DNA from: a bacterium
GTDB taxonomy: Bacteria; UBA8248
DNA: 64,000 nucleotides
Assembly: GCA_965221165.1 (NCBI GenBank)
Contig: CBDCRP010000003.1
Coordinates: 1,536,064 to 1,600,063 of the forward strand
Reading direction: 5' to 3'
Shown piece by piece: positions 1-9,900 of the stretch (positions within the stretch are counted from its first letter, which is position 1; every line of letters begins with the position of its first letter). A program made the translations under genes and the position numbers. Below the pieces are notes generated by a model. It did not search any database and was not told the DNA's origin. It saw only the letters and a list, made by a program, of their open reading frames with translations.

Positions 1-821
1 CCGTCGCGGATCATCTTGTCGGTATGCCAGCGGCGGTAGGGGCTCGTGTTTCCGCCCGAGGCGACGATGATGTCGTAGACGAAATCGAAGCCCTCTTCAT
101 AGAGCAGGTTGTTGACCCAGGCGGTGAGGTCGCACTCGCGGATGCCGGGCTTGAGCCACTCGTTTCTGATCTTCCACATGCAGGTGTCGCCGATGGTGGA
201 ACTGATTTTGAGGCACTCGATTTCCTCGGGCGTCTTGATGACGCGCGCCTCGCTCATCACCGGCCATGCGTTCACCAGGTTCACGCCCTTCTCGGTGAAG
301 GCGCTGTAGGCCTGCATGTCCATGATGTCGATGCCGATTCTGCCGTTCAGGGGAACGTTGTTCTCCTTGAGAACGTCGATCACCGAATCCGCCATGCGGT
401 TCACCATCATCTGCTCGGCGGTCTCGGACCACTTCCAGGTGATGGCGGGGCGGATGTTGCCCTCGAGCCAGGGCGCGTCGATGCGCGCGCACTCATAGTC
501 CGATCCGGCCGTCTCGAAGAGCACCGGCGTGTCCGCTCCCCGGCAGAGCACGGCGTAGCGGATGAAGATGTTGTTCTTCCAGTTGCCCTGGAAGACCGAC
601 GCGGTGTAGCGGATGTTCTCGCCCTTGTACATGATGATGGCGTCCATGTCGTGTTTTTCCATCATCGCCTTGGCGCGGTCGAGCCTGTCGATTCGCATCT
701 GGTTGAAATCGACGCGGCGCTGCCAATCACTGCCCGTCTGGCTATAGACACGCCGGGGGGACTGGTAATGCTCTTTCTGCAGAAAATCCATCGGCATGCC
801 TTGCTTGCTCATTTCCACCAT
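1..821 (-). CDS. M24-family metallopeptidase (creatinase / Xaa-Pro aminopeptidase-like), 3' end cut by window edge
   Basis: Own minus-strand translation from the ATG at 821, with AGGAGG 7 nt upstream: MVEMSKQGMPMDFLQKEHYQ...ARVIKTPEEIECLKISSTIGD... This shows a creatinase/prolidase N-domain followed by the start of the pita-bread domain. It is absent from the ORF track because it runs off the window. The 24..863 + ORF is its antisense shadow. Confidence 0.8.
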   Translation of the reverse strand, partial: MVEMSKQGMPMDFLQKEHYQSPRRVYSQTGSDWQRRVDFNQMRIDRLDRAKAMMEKHDMDAIIMYKGENIRYTASVFQGNWKNNIFIRYAVLCRGADTPVLFETAGSDYECARIDAPWLEGNIRPAITWKWSETAEQMMVNRMADSVIDVLKENNVPLNGRIGIDIMDMQAYSAFTEKGVNLVNAWPVMSEARVIKTPEEIECLKISSTIGDTCMWKIRNEWLKPGIRECDLTAWVNNLLYEEGFDFVYDIIVASGGNTSPYRRWHTDKMIRD

Positions 822-958
822 GAAAATTCCTCCTATATGGAAACGGGGGTGAAGCGTTCATAAAACGACATCCAAAAAACGTCGAACAATCAGACCCTCA
901 ATAAAGCGCGCCCGCCTCGTCCGGCGGTTCACGCAAGATACCTATCGGCCCCGCCCGC

Positions 959-1693
959 TCAAACGCGGCTGGGCTCTCCGTTTCGGGATACGGCCAGCGC
1001 CTCCTGTAAGCGCGCGCCCTCGGCGGCCATGTGCTCGCGCATGGCGAGCGCGGCCAACTGCGGGTCGCCCGCTTCCACGGCCGCAAGCAGCTTCTCGTGC
1101 TGGCGGAGCGCCTCGTCCGGCTGACCGGGAGTGCCGATGATCCTGCGCTGGCTCTTCTCGATAAGCCCCGCAATGGCCTCCCACACCGTCCGCAAGACGG
1201 CGTTCTCCGCCGCCTCGCACAGCGCGCGGTGCCAGGCGACGCCCGCGCGCACGAAGTCTTCCGATTTGTCGATGCGCTTTCGCATCTCCTCGGTATGGCC
1301 CCTGAGCCGTTCGAGTTGCGCCTCCGTTCTGCGCTCGGCCGTCAGCCGCGCGATTTGTTCTTCGAGCCCCTGCCGCACCTCCCAGAGTTCGAGCAGGGTG
1401 TCTTCTTTCACGTCGAGCAGAAACGCCAGACTCTCGCGCACCGTGGCGAGATAGGGGTCGAGCGAGAGGTTGCGCAGAAAGGCGCCCTGGCCGCTCCGCA
1501 CCTCTATCAGGCCCGTGGTGTCGAGCGCGCGCAGGGCTTCCCGCACCGAGGGGCGGCCGATTCCGAGCGTCGCCGCGAGTTCGCGCTCAGACGGCAGCCT
1601 GTCGCCGGGCGCTAGTTTGCGCGTGCGGATGAGCTGTTGTATCTGCTTCACCACGTCTTCGTAGAGCCTCGTTGTTCGCACCGGCCTGAGCAA
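959..1693 (-). CDS. GntR/FadR-family transcriptional regulator (wHTH + FCD domain)
   Basis: LYEDVVKQIQQLIRTRKLAPGDRLPSERELAATLGIGRPSVREALRALDTTGLIEVRSGQGAFL, followed by a helical FCD-like C-terminus. The start is set at TTG 1693 (GGAGG 7 nt upstream). The track ORF extends to 1831. The gene is divergent from the 2025 operon. Confidence 0.8.
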   Translation of the reverse strand: MLRPVRTTRLYEDVVKQIQQLIRTRKLAPGDRLPSERELAATLGIGRPSVREALRALDTTGLIEVRSGQGAFLRNLSLDPYLATVRESLAFLLDVKEDTLLELWEVRQGLEEQIARLTAERRTEAQLERLRGHTEEMRKRIDKSEDFVRAGVAWHRALCEAAENAVLRTVWEAIAGLIEKSQRRIIGTPGQPDEALRQHEKLLAAVEAGDPQLAALAMREHMAAEGARLQEALAVSRNGEPSRV

Positions 1694-2024
1694 GGAACCG
1701 CCTCCTAAGGACGCAAGCCATCCCGAGCGATGCACGAAAACCACACGGGGATTTATCATTGTTTTCAAAACCCGAAAACTTTCTGGTCGGATGGTATGAC
1801 CAATACTAGTGTCGAGCCGCCCCCTTGTCAATATAAAGAAACTGATTTTTTATCCCGCATCCGCACGCGATATTCGGGAGTTTTCAGGACGTGCGCGCCA
1901 CCCGGCGCATTCGTGCTCAAAAGGCCCGTGAATCCGGCTCCGCGTTGCCGCTCCCGTCTTTAAAAGCGTATAATCACGGCTCATCAAGCGCGCCTCATTA
2001 TTCCCGCTCATCAAAGGAAAACTC

Positions 2025-2876
2025 TTGAGACTCGACTATGCCCTCTCGGCGCATCTATTCGCCTATGAACCGCTGCGGTTCGAGCATTTGAGTGAGGCGG
2101 CGGATACAGGTTTCGCAAAAATCGAGCTGTGGGCGATGACGCCGAATTTGGACGCGAGCGACGAAGCCAGGCTCGAAACACTCAAAAGCTGGCTGGATGA
2201 TCTCTCCCTGTCCACGCCTACGTTTCACGCTCCTTTTTATGCGGATTTGAGCGAGGCGAGAAAAGGGCGCTGGCTCTCGCTCGCCGCACCCGACCCGGAT
2301 GCGCGCGCGGCGGCCCTGGAAAAAACGATGATCTCCATGCGTGTCTTTCGCCCGCTGGGCGCGCGGGTGGCCATTATCCATCCGAGCGCGCCGGGAAGAG
2401 CGGGGGATAGGGACACCTACGAGGCGCTGGAAGCCAGCATCGCGCGGCTCCTGCCGATGGCCGAGGAGATGGACGCCGTCTTGTCGCTCGAGAACATCCC
2501 CTCCGCCCTGGGCCGTGCGGAGCCGCTCGCTGCCTTCGCCCGGCGCATCGACCATCCGAGGCTTAAAATCTGCATCGACACAGGCCACGCGCTCATCACC
2601 GAAGGGGAAAAGGCGCAAAGCGCGCTCGAGCGGCTGGCGCCTTTGTGCGTCGCGACGCACTTACACGATAACGACGGGCAAAACGATGCCCATCTTATTC
2701 CGGGAGAAGGCGGGTTCGACTGGGCACCTTTCTTCACTACGCTCGAAGCACAAGGCTACCGGGGGCCGCTTACTCTCGAACTCAGAAAAAAAGACGAGCC
2801 CTACGCCAAGACGCTGGCCGCCTCGGCGCGCGCGGTTCAAACGCTCGCTTCTCAGAACAAACCGAGCCCCGCATGA
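2025..2876 (+). CDS. Sugar phosphate isomerase/epimerase (xylose-isomerase-like TIM barrel)
   Basis: Motifs FAKIELW, LSLENIP, CIDTGHA and HLHDNDGQNDAHLIPGEGGFDW. Confidence 0.75.
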   Translation: MRLDYALSAHLFAYEPLRFEHLSEAADTGFAKIELWAMTPNLDASDEARLETLKSWLDDLSLSTPTFHAPFYADLSEARKGRWLSLAAPDPDARAAALEKTMISMRVFRPLGARVAIIHPSAPGRAGDRDTYEALEASIARLLPMAEEMDAVLSLENIPSALGRAEPLAAFARRIDHPRLKICIDTGHALITEGEKAQSALERLAPLCVATHLHDNDGQNDAHLIPGEGGFDWAPFFTTLEAQGYRGPLTLELRKKDEPYAKTLAASARAVQTLASQNKPSPA

Positions 2877-3901
2877 AGGCGAACTTGATGGAGAGCGAAC
2901 AAACACGCGCGCACGAGCGCCTGAAAACCCTGGCGGGCGAGCATTTCGGCGTCGGCGTCTCCTCCCTGGCGCCCCTGCCCGGTGACGCCTCGACGCGCGC
3001 ATACGTGCGGCTCACCCACACGGGCGGCGCGAGCCCAAGTTCGGTCGGCATGATTCTCCCTGAGCCTTTCAGCCGGGAGACGCTCCCCTTCATCGACGTG
3101 CAAGCGCATTTTAAGGAAATCGGCGTCAAAGTGCCCCAAATTTTCGCGGTGGACGAGGAGGCGGGCGTCATCCTTTTAGAGGACTGCGGCGATGAGTCGC
3201 TCGAAGACGTATGGCGTCATGGAGGATGGGAGAGGGCGCAACCATTCTACGCCGCCGCGCTCGACATGATGGCCGCCATGCAGGAGGCCCCCTGTACGCC
3301 CGCGAACGGCAGGCTCGCCCTCACGCGCCGTTTCGATCCAAAATTTTTCACGAACGAGCTTCACCACACGCGCAAATACGCCTTCGAGAACCTCCTGGGG
3401 GTGAATACTGACGCGGGGGAACTGGATACGTTATTCAGAAAATTGTGCGAGGAAATCTGCCGCACCCCCTTTTGTCTCACGCATCGCGACTACCACGGCA
3501 GGAACCTGATGGTCTCCGGTAACGAAGTGTTTACAATCGATTTTCAGGACGCGCGCATGGGTCCCGTCCTCTACGATCTGGCGTCTTTGGCGTTCGACAG
3601 CTATGTCGCACTCGACGACGGAACGCGGGATTACCTCGTCGCTCGCTACTGGGAGACTTGCGGCCACCGGCATTTCTCGGATAAAGAAGAATACGAACGC
3701 GCCCTGCGCGCGGCGGCCATACAGCGAAACTTGAAGGCCATCGGCACTTTCGCCTACCAAAAGGCGGTGCGCGGGGCGGAACGCTACCTGGCGAGCATTC
3801 CGCATACCGTGAGGATGGTTCAGGGGCATTTCGAAAAGAGGAGGGATCTGGCCCGTCTCGGTGCTTCGCTCGAACGTTTTCTCGATGCGCTTCTCCCTTA
3901 A
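2873..3901 (+). CDS. Aminoglycoside-phosphotransferase-fold kinase, AmgK-like (anomeric MurNAc/GlcNAc kinase family)
   Basis: GDASTRAYVRL, catalytic HRDYHGRNLMV and IDFQDARMGPVLYDLASL. An ATGA start/stop overlap with the upstream gene suggests an operon. Confidence 0.65.
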   Translation: MKANLMESEQTRAHERLKTLAGEHFGVGVSSLAPLPGDASTRAYVRLTHTGGASPSSVGMILPEPFSRETLPFIDVQAHFKEIGVKVPQIFAVDEEAGVILLEDCGDESLEDVWRHGGWERAQPFYAAALDMMAAMQEAPCTPANGRLALTRRFDPKFFTNELHHTRKYAFENLLGVNTDAGELDTLFRKLCEEICRTPFCLTHRDYHGRNLMVSGNEVFTIDFQDARMGPVLYDLASLAFDSYVALDDGTRDYLVARYWETCGHRHFSDKEEYERALRAAAIQRNLKAIGTFAYQKAVRGAERYLASIPHTVRMVQGHFEKRRDLARLGASLERFLDALLP

Positions 3902-3916
3902 AGGAGTCATCCCCTT

Positions 3917-4513
3917 TTGGATTTCTTGAAAACGACATTTCTCACGTCGGTGGAATTATGTCTCTATGATTTTCCGCATCCCGCCGAAATACCGCCGGGC
4001 GAGGCGAGAATCGAGGTGGAGCACGTCATCCTCGAAAACACCTCGCCCAACCGCCCGCTCATATCCGACGTTCAGGGCGAGAGATTGACGAAGACGCGCT
4101 TCGATCGGGGCGAGAAGTGCTTCGCCGCGCTCGAAAACGGCAAGGCGGTGAGCTACATCTGGGGAGCGCGCGGCGCGGTGGGCGTAGAGGAAATCGACAA
4201 GGCCGTGAAGCCCGAGGCGAAGGAAATTTATCTCTACGACGCCTTCACCCTGGAGCCCTGGCGGGGGAAGAACCTCTATCCCTCCGTGCTCAGGCGCGCG
4301 CTGGAATACGGCGAGAAGCTGGGCCTCACGCGCTCTCTCATTTTCGTGGAGGCGAAGAACACCCCATCGAGGCGCGGCGTGGACAAGGCGGGCTTCATCC
4401 AGTTTCAGACGCTTTATTACAACCGGTTTTTCGTCTTCAGCCGCTCGAACCTCTCGGACCCCCTGGAGGGCCACCCCACGGCCACGTTCGTCGGGTTGAA
4501 CGAGTTGACCTAA
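3917..4513 (+). CDS. GNAT-family N-acetyltransferase
   Basis: YLYDAFTLEPWRGKNLYPSVLRRALEYGEKLGLTRSLIFVEAKNTPSRRGVDKAGF matches the acetyl-CoA-binding R/Q-x-x-G-x-G/A-like region. The TTG start is uncertain. Confidence 0.6.
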   Translation: MDFLKTTFLTSVELCLYDFPHPAEIPPGEARIEVEHVILENTSPNRPLISDVQGERLTKTRFDRGEKCFAALENGKAVSYIWGARGAVGVEEIDKAVKPEAKEIYLYDAFTLEPWRGKNLYPSVLRRALEYGEKLGLTRSLIFVEAKNTPSRRGVDKAGFIQFQTLYYNRFFVFSRSNLSDPLEGHPTATFVGLNELT

Positions 4514-4566
4514 GCGGGCGAAACCAACGAGCGCCCTTAGGGTGCGATGGAAGCGAAGGAACACCG

Positions 4567-5586
4567 ATGTCGCGAAGTTCATGCTCCTCGTTGCAGACAG
4601 AAGTTTTCTCATCACCAGAGGCGTTCGTCGATCTGGAGGCCGAATGGCGCGCGCTGATGGCGCGCTCCGCCCACGCGCACCCTTTCTACGACCCCGCGTG
4701 GCACGCCGCGTGGTGGAGGAACTTCGGCGCAGGCGAGTTGCACATCTACGCCATGCGCGAAGAAGGCGGCGCGCTCGCCGCCGTGGCGCCTTTCGTGCTG
4801 AGCGAGGGCGGACGGTTGCGGCTAACGGGAGGGGATGACCTCTCCGATTATCTCGACATCGTGGCTGCCGACGGGGCGCACCTGGCAGCCTGGCGGGCGA
4901 TTCTCGCAGCTCTCGATGAGGCGGAAGCACCCGGTTGGCGCGAACTCTCCCTGCGGGGGATTCCCGCGACGTCCCCCACCATCGCGGCTATCCAAGAGTT
5001 GACCGGGGGAGCCGCTTTCGTTTCGGAAGAAGAGGTCTGCCCCGTCATCGCACTGCCGGGTTCGTGGGATGAATACACCGGGATGCTCCACCCCAAAGAT
5101 GAGCGCGATTTGAGGCGAAAGATACGAAAGGCCAACATGGAGGCGGGGCTTTTATATGAGCGAACGGATTCGGCAGACGCCCTAGCCGGTGATCTGGAAG
5201 ATTTCATCACCCTGCACGCGCTGAGCCAGCCGGAAAAGGCGGATTTCTGGAACGCCGACAGAAGAGCCTTTTTTGAGGACGTAACCGGCGCGATGCTCGA
5301 ACTGGGCTATCTGGATTTGAGCATCATGCGGGTGGACGATCATCCCGTCGCCGCCAATCTCTCCTTCGATTATGCGGACAGGATTTATCTCTACAACTCG
5401 GGCTTCGACCCGGTGGAACACGAACTGAGCGGCGGGCTGGTGCTCCTGGCCCACAACCTGGACGAGGCGATTCGGGCGGGGCGTTCTACTTTCGACCTCC
5501 TGAGGGGCGATGAGGCGTACAAATACCGCTTCGGCGCGCGCGATGAGCGCGTGATGCGCGTGCGGATTAAGAGGAGCGGCCGATGA
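4567..5586 (+). CDS. CelD/BioF2-like GNAT (FemAB-superfamily acyltransferase fold)
   Basis: Starts MSRSSCSSLQTEVF. The C-terminus ...LYNSGFDPVEHELSGGLVLLAHNLDEAIRAGRSTFDLLRGDEAYKYRFGA is typical of this family. The upstream part of the 489-aa track ORF overlaps the preceding GNAT and was rejected. Confidence 0.7.
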   Translation: MSRSSCSSLQTEVFSSPEAFVDLEAEWRALMARSAHAHPFYDPAWHAAWWRNFGAGELHIYAMREEGGALAAVAPFVLSEGGRLRLTGGDDLSDYLDIVAADGAHLAAWRAILAALDEAEAPGWRELSLRGIPATSPTIAAIQELTGGAAFVSEEEVCPVIALPGSWDEYTGMLHPKDERDLRRKIRKANMEAGLLYERTDSADALAGDLEDFITLHALSQPEKADFWNADRRAFFEDVTGAMLELGYLDLSIMRVDDHPVAANLSFDYADRIYLYNSGFDPVEHELSGGLVLLAHNLDEAIRAGRSTFDLLRGDEAYKYRFGARDERVMRVRIKRSGR

Positions 5587-6890
5587 AGGCCGAGACGACC
5601 CGTCTGGCTATAATCTCGATGCACACCGACCCGCTCGCCCCCCTGGGAGGCGACCTCACGGGCGGGATGAACGTCTACGTGCGCGAAATCGCCAAAGCGT
5701 TTGCGGCCCTGGGCGTCGAAACGGACGTCTTCACCCGCCTGGAATCGGACTTAAGCGACGCCCAGGTCCCCATTTCAGACGGCGCGCGCCTGATCCGTAT
5801 TGAAGCAGGCCCCAAGGAAAAACTAGACAAAGACGCGCAATACGAGCACGTGGATGCGTTCGCTCAAGGGATTCTCGCGTTCGCAGAGGAAAACGGGGCG
5901 TCTTATGATGGCGTTTCTGCGCACTACTGGCTCTCGGGCCTCGCGGGCGAGAAGTTGGCCGAAAAGTGGGGAGTCCCCCTCGCCCTTCGCTTTCACACCC
6001 TGGCCGCGCTCAAAAACGAAGTCTTACCTTCTGACAGCAGGCGTGAGTCGAACACAAGGCTTGACGTCGAACCCAGGCTCGCGGGGGCGGCGGATGCGCT
6101 TATCACATCATCCCCCGCCGAGGCGCGCGCGGTAAGCGAAAAACTGGGCGCGGGCGCCGCCGAAGTCGTTCCCTGCGGCGTGGATCTGGAGAGGTTCAGG
6201 CCCCATCCCAAGAGCGAGGCGCGCGCGCGTCCGGGGCTTGAAGAGGACCCCGCCTATATCTTGAGCGTGGGCCGCATCGAGCGCGTCAAGGGATTGGACC
6301 GCCTGATAGAGGCCTTCGCCCTCATGCGCCGTGAACGACCGGGGCTCGATGCGCGCCTCATGCACGTCGGGGGCGAGATAAGAGCGGGTGCCGAGAGAAC
6401 AGGGGAAACCCACCGCGCTCAGGATTTCGCCTCGCCCGCACAGGGAGCGGAAGTCACGCGTCTGGAAGATCTCGCACGGGGGCTCGGCGTGGAGGAGAGC
6501 CTATTCTTTTTAGGAGCGAAGCCACAGGAGGCGCTCCCTCTTTACTATTCCGCAGCCGATTTGTTCGCGCTCCCCTCTCGCTATGAGAGCTTCGGCATGA
6601 CCGCTATCGAGGCGGCCGCATGCGGATTGCCCACCCTCGCCTTCGACGTGGGCGGCGTCTCACAGGCGGTGAGGGAGGGAGTAAGCGGCCACCTCATCGC
6701 AGACGGAGAAATAACGGCCTACGCCCTAAAGATGCGCGAAATTCTGGAAACCCCTCGTGCGCGCCCACACCGCCGAGCCATCGCATGGGCGGATTCGTTC
6801 GCCTGGACGCGCATAGCGGAGGCGGAACTCGACATCTGGGCGCGCCTGCGCCATCAGGCGGCTGCGCTCTCATCTCACCACGCTTCATAA
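5583..6890 (+). CDS. GT4 glycosyltransferase, MshA-like (D-inositol-3-phosphate glycosyltransferase-like N-terminus)
   Basis: ISMHTDPLAPLGGDLTGGMNVYVREIA resembles the MshA HTSPL..PG.GD.GGMNVYV signature. The C-terminal PSRYESFGMTAIEAAACGLP is the GT4 E-x7-E region. There is an ATGA overlap with the upstream gene. Confidence 0.7.
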   Translation: MKAETTRLAIISMHTDPLAPLGGDLTGGMNVYVREIAKAFAALGVETDVFTRLESDLSDAQVPISDGARLIRIEAGPKEKLDKDAQYEHVDAFAQGILAFAEENGASYDGVSAHYWLSGLAGEKLAEKWGVPLALRFHTLAALKNEVLPSDSRRESNTRLDVEPRLAGAADALITSSPAEARAVSEKLGAGAAEVVPCGVDLERFRPHPKSEARARPGLEEDPAYILSVGRIERVKGLDRLIEAFALMRRERPGLDARLMHVGGEIRAGAERTGETHRAQDFASPAQGAEVTRLEDLARGLGVEESLFFLGAKPQEALPLYYSAADLFALPSRYESFGMTAIEAAACGLPTLAFDVGGVSQAVREGVSGHLIADGEITAYALKMREILETPRARPHRRAIAWADSFAWTRIAEAELDIWARLRHQAAALSSHHAS

Positions 6891-6909
6891 ACACGGAAGG
6901 AAAAAGGCA

Positions 6910-7602
6910 TTGGATCGCACGGAATTTCAGGAAATACTCGTCATCGTGGCCCACCCCGACGATGCGGAACTATCCGCGGGGGGGAGCATCGCCCGCTGGA
7001 CGTCCGAGGGCGCCACCGTGCGCACGGTCGTCTGCACGAACGGGGACAAGGGCACGAAAGAGGACATCAGCCCCTTCGACCTGGCCAAGATCCGCGAGGC
7101 GGAACAGTTAGAGGCCTCCCGCATACTGGGCGTCAAGGAAACGCTGTTTCTGCGCCACCGCGACGGGGAGCTCGAGGACACGCGGGCGCTCAGGAACCAG
7201 ATCGCCTTCCTGATCCGGCATTTCAAGCCCGACACCATCCTCACCCACGACCCCTGGCGCACCTACTACCAGCACCCCGACCACCAGGCCATCGGCCACG
7301 CCACGTTCAAGGCGGTGGTCTACGCGCGGGATCAACATTTTCTGCCCGAACTCACCCACGCGGGCATCGGCGCGCACCACACGAACAACCTCTTGTACCT
7401 AAACTCGCGCGAGCCGAATTTCTTCGTGGATATCTCAAAGACATTCGACACGAAAGTCCGCGCGGTGTGCGCGCACAAGTGCCAGATCAAAAACCCGGAA
7501 GCGTTCGAAAAACGCACGCGCCAGCGGCTCGAAGACGCGGGCCGCCAGGCGGGTCTTCCGGTGGCGGAGCCTTTCGTCATCGCGCGGATGCGGGAAGGCT
7601 AA
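6910..7602 (+). CDS. PIG-L/LmbE-family N-acetylglucosaminyl deacetylase
   Basis: ILVIVAHPDDAELSAGGSIARW (AHPDD motif) and a later HPDH. Starts at TTG. Confidence 0.8.
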   Translation: MDRTEFQEILVIVAHPDDAELSAGGSIARWTSEGATVRTVVCTNGDKGTKEDISPFDLAKIREAEQLEASRILGVKETLFLRHRDGELEDTRALRNQIAFLIRHFKPDTILTHDPWRTYYQHPDHQAIGHATFKAVVYARDQHFLPELTHAGIGAHHTNNLLYLNSREPNFFVDISKTFDTKVRAVCAHKCQIKNPEAFEKRTRQRLEDAGRQAGLPVAEPFVIARMREG

Positions 7603-7611
7603 GGCGCAAGC

Positions 7612-8703
7612 ATGGAAGAAGCGACACCCGATACCAGGGCCGGGCAGCACCTGATGGCCGGCTTCGAGGGTACGGAAGCCCCGGCCTCGCTCCTGGCGCG
7701 CGTTCGCGCGGGCAGAATCGGCGGCGTCATCCTGTTCAAGCGAAACATCGAATCAGCCGCGCAGACGGCGGTCCTCATCAACACCTTACAAGTTGCCGCC
7801 CTCGCCTCACCTCTCGAAGCTCCCCTTCTCGTGGGAATCGACCAGGAGGGCGGGCGCGTGAGCCGACTGTCCCCTGACTTCACTCTCTTCCCGGCGGCGC
7901 GGGGTTTCGGCGATTTGAACCAGCCCGCCCTCGCGCGCGAAGCCGCGCGAATCACCGGAGCGGAACTCGAGGCCGTGGGCGTGAACGTGAACTTCGCACC
8001 CACCGTGGACGTCTTGACGAACCCCGAATGCGCCGTCATCGGCGACCGCGCATACGGAACGACTCCAGAAGTCGTCACAAGCATGGGCGCGGCCGTAACA
8101 GCCGGTCTTCAGGAGGCGGGCGTCGCCGCGTGCGCCAAGCATTTCCCCGGCATCGGGGACATGGCCCCCGACCCCCACGAGGTGCTGCCGAGGTCTCCGC
8201 TCACGCTCGACGACTTAAGGGCGCGCGAACTTACGCCCTTTCAGCACCTCATCCGCCGCGCACCTCCCGCCTGCGTCATGGTCTCCCACGCGGTCTATGA
8301 GAAAATAGACGACGAGGCCCCGGCCAGCCTCTCCCCCGTCTTTCTTCAAGAGGTTCTGCGCGGGGAACTCGGGTTCCGGGGCGTCGCGATCACCGACGAT
8401 CTGGATATGGGCGCGATAGAAGACCCCGCAGACGCCGCCCTGCGCGCCATCCTCGCAGGGGCGGACGTCGCCCTTATCTGTCATTCAGAAGACGCGGGGG
8501 AACGCGCTGTGGATGCCATCGCGGGGGCTATCGGAGATGGCGACCTCCCCCCGGAGCAGGAGGAGGCCTCATCGGATCGGATACGCAGACTAAAAGAAAG
8601 CTACTGCCGCCCGAACTGGCGGAAGGAGATGCTCGAAGTTATAGGCTGCGCGGAACACCAGCGAGCGAGGGAGAGAATTCTCGCCGCGGTCGAAGGAGCC
8701 TGA
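7612..8703 (+). CDS. nagZ: Beta-N-acetylhexosaminidase (GH3)
   Basis: GQHLMAGFEGTE, GGVILFKRNIES, VGIDQEGGRVSRL and KHFPGIGD. Confidence 0.85.
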   Translation: MEEATPDTRAGQHLMAGFEGTEAPASLLARVRAGRIGGVILFKRNIESAAQTAVLINTLQVAALASPLEAPLLVGIDQEGGRVSRLSPDFTLFPAARGFGDLNQPALAREAARITGAELEAVGVNVNFAPTVDVLTNPECAVIGDRAYGTTPEVVTSMGAAVTAGLQEAGVAACAKHFPGIGDMAPDPHEVLPRSPLTLDDLRARELTPFQHLIRRAPPACVMVSHAVYEKIDDEAPASLSPVFLQEVLRGELGFRGVAITDDLDMGAIEDPADAALRAILAGADVALICHSEDAGERAVDAIAGAIGDGDLPPEQEEASSDRIRRLKESYCRPNWRKEMLEVIGCAEHQRARERILAAVEGA

Positions 8704-8715
8704 CACCTCTACCCG

Positions 8716-9771
8716 TTACACGTTAAAGCGCACGTGCATGATGTCGCCGTCCTTGACGACGTAGTCCTTGCCTTCCAGCCTTAAAATCCCCTTATCCCGC
8801 GCCGCCGAGAGCGAGCCCGCCGCCATGAAATCGGGAAACGAGACCACCTCCGCGCGAATGAAGCCGCGCTCCATATCGGAATGTATCGTGCCCGCCGCGT
8901 GAAGAGCGATAGTGCCCGCGCGAACCGGCCAGGAGCGCACCTCCTCTTCGCTCACGGTGAAGAAACAGCGCAGGTCGAGCAGCGAGAATGACGCCTGAAC
9001 CACCCTGTCGAGGGCTGAGGATTTCAGCGCGTAGTCGGCGAGAAATTCCGCTTGCTCCTGATGGGGCAACTGCGCGAGTTCTTCTTCCAACCTTGCGGCC
9101 AGGGCGACGGGCGTCTCCCCGTCCAGTTCACCGAAAGCGTCTCCCAACTGATCCTCGCCTACGTTCACCACCACGAGCAGCGGCTTGGCGGAGAGAAAGC
9201 CGAACCCCTTGACGGAGCGCGCTTCTTCCTCGTTCATCTCCATCGAGCGCACCGGACGGCCCTCTTCGAGCGTCTCCTGTATCTTCCCCAGAAGTGCAAA
9301 CTCCGCCGCCTCGGCGGGGTCTTTCTTGACGCGCACCAGTTTTTGCAGCCGCTCCATGCGGCGTTCGACCACCGAGAGGTCGCGCAGCATCAAATCGAAG
9401 CGCACGTCCGCCAGATCGCGCGCGGGGTCGACGCTCTCCCTGGGATGCGGAACGCCCGCGTCATGAAAAGCGCGCACCACCACCAGGAGCGCATCCGCAC
9501 CTTCCAAGGCCTGGGGGATGGCCTCGGCGTTCTTGGCCGCACTCCCATCACCCACGCCCGCATCCACGAAGTTGACGGCCGCGTAGGTCGTCTTCCTGGG
9601 CTTGAACACCTCGCTCAGCGCATCCACCCGCGCATCCGCCACGTGAGCCGCGCCCACGTTCACCCGCGCCGCCCCGTATCCACCGGTAGAAGCCGCGCCA
9701 CCCGTCAGCGCGTTGAACAGCGTCGTCTTGCCCGAGGCTGCGGGACCGATGATTCCTATCTTCACACGCAC
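8716..9771 (-). CDS. ychF: Redox-regulated ATPase YchF
   Basis: P-loop IGIIGPAASGKTTLFNALTG and a C-terminal TGS-like GKDYVVKDGDIMHVRFNV. Confidence 0.85.
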   Translation of the reverse strand: MRVKIGIIGPAASGKTTLFNALTGGAASTGGYGAARVNVGAAHVADARVDALSEVFKPRKTTYAAVNFVDAGVGDGSAAKNAEAIPQALEGADALLVVVRAFHDAGVPHPRESVDPARDLADVRFDLMLRDLSVVERRMERLQKLVRVKKDPAEAAEFALLGKIQETLEEGRPVRSMEMNEEEARSVKGFGFLSAKPLLVVVNVGEDQLGDAFGELDGETPVALAARLEEELAQLPHQEQAEFLADYALKSSALDRVVQASFSLLDLRCFFTVSEEEVRSWPVRAGTIALHAAGTIHSDMERGFIRAEVVSFPDFMAAGSLSAARDKGILRLEGKDYVVKDGDIMHVRFNV

Positions 9772-9900
9772 ACTCCTTTAGGAAACATGAACACGCAAAA
9801 CGCGCGCGAGTGTAAGAGAACGGGGGCAAGAGGTCAAAAGGGATTGTGGTCAATCGCGACTGGAGAGGGGGGAATTTTGAGGGACGGGTGCAAAAAGTTC

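Noticed and set aside
24-863. 279-aa + strand ORF at the left edge
   Set aside because: It is the antisense shadow of a well-formed minus-strand M24 peptidase gene (ATG 821 with AGGAGG). Its translation is Arg/Ala/Val/Gly-rich GC-skew noise with no motifs.
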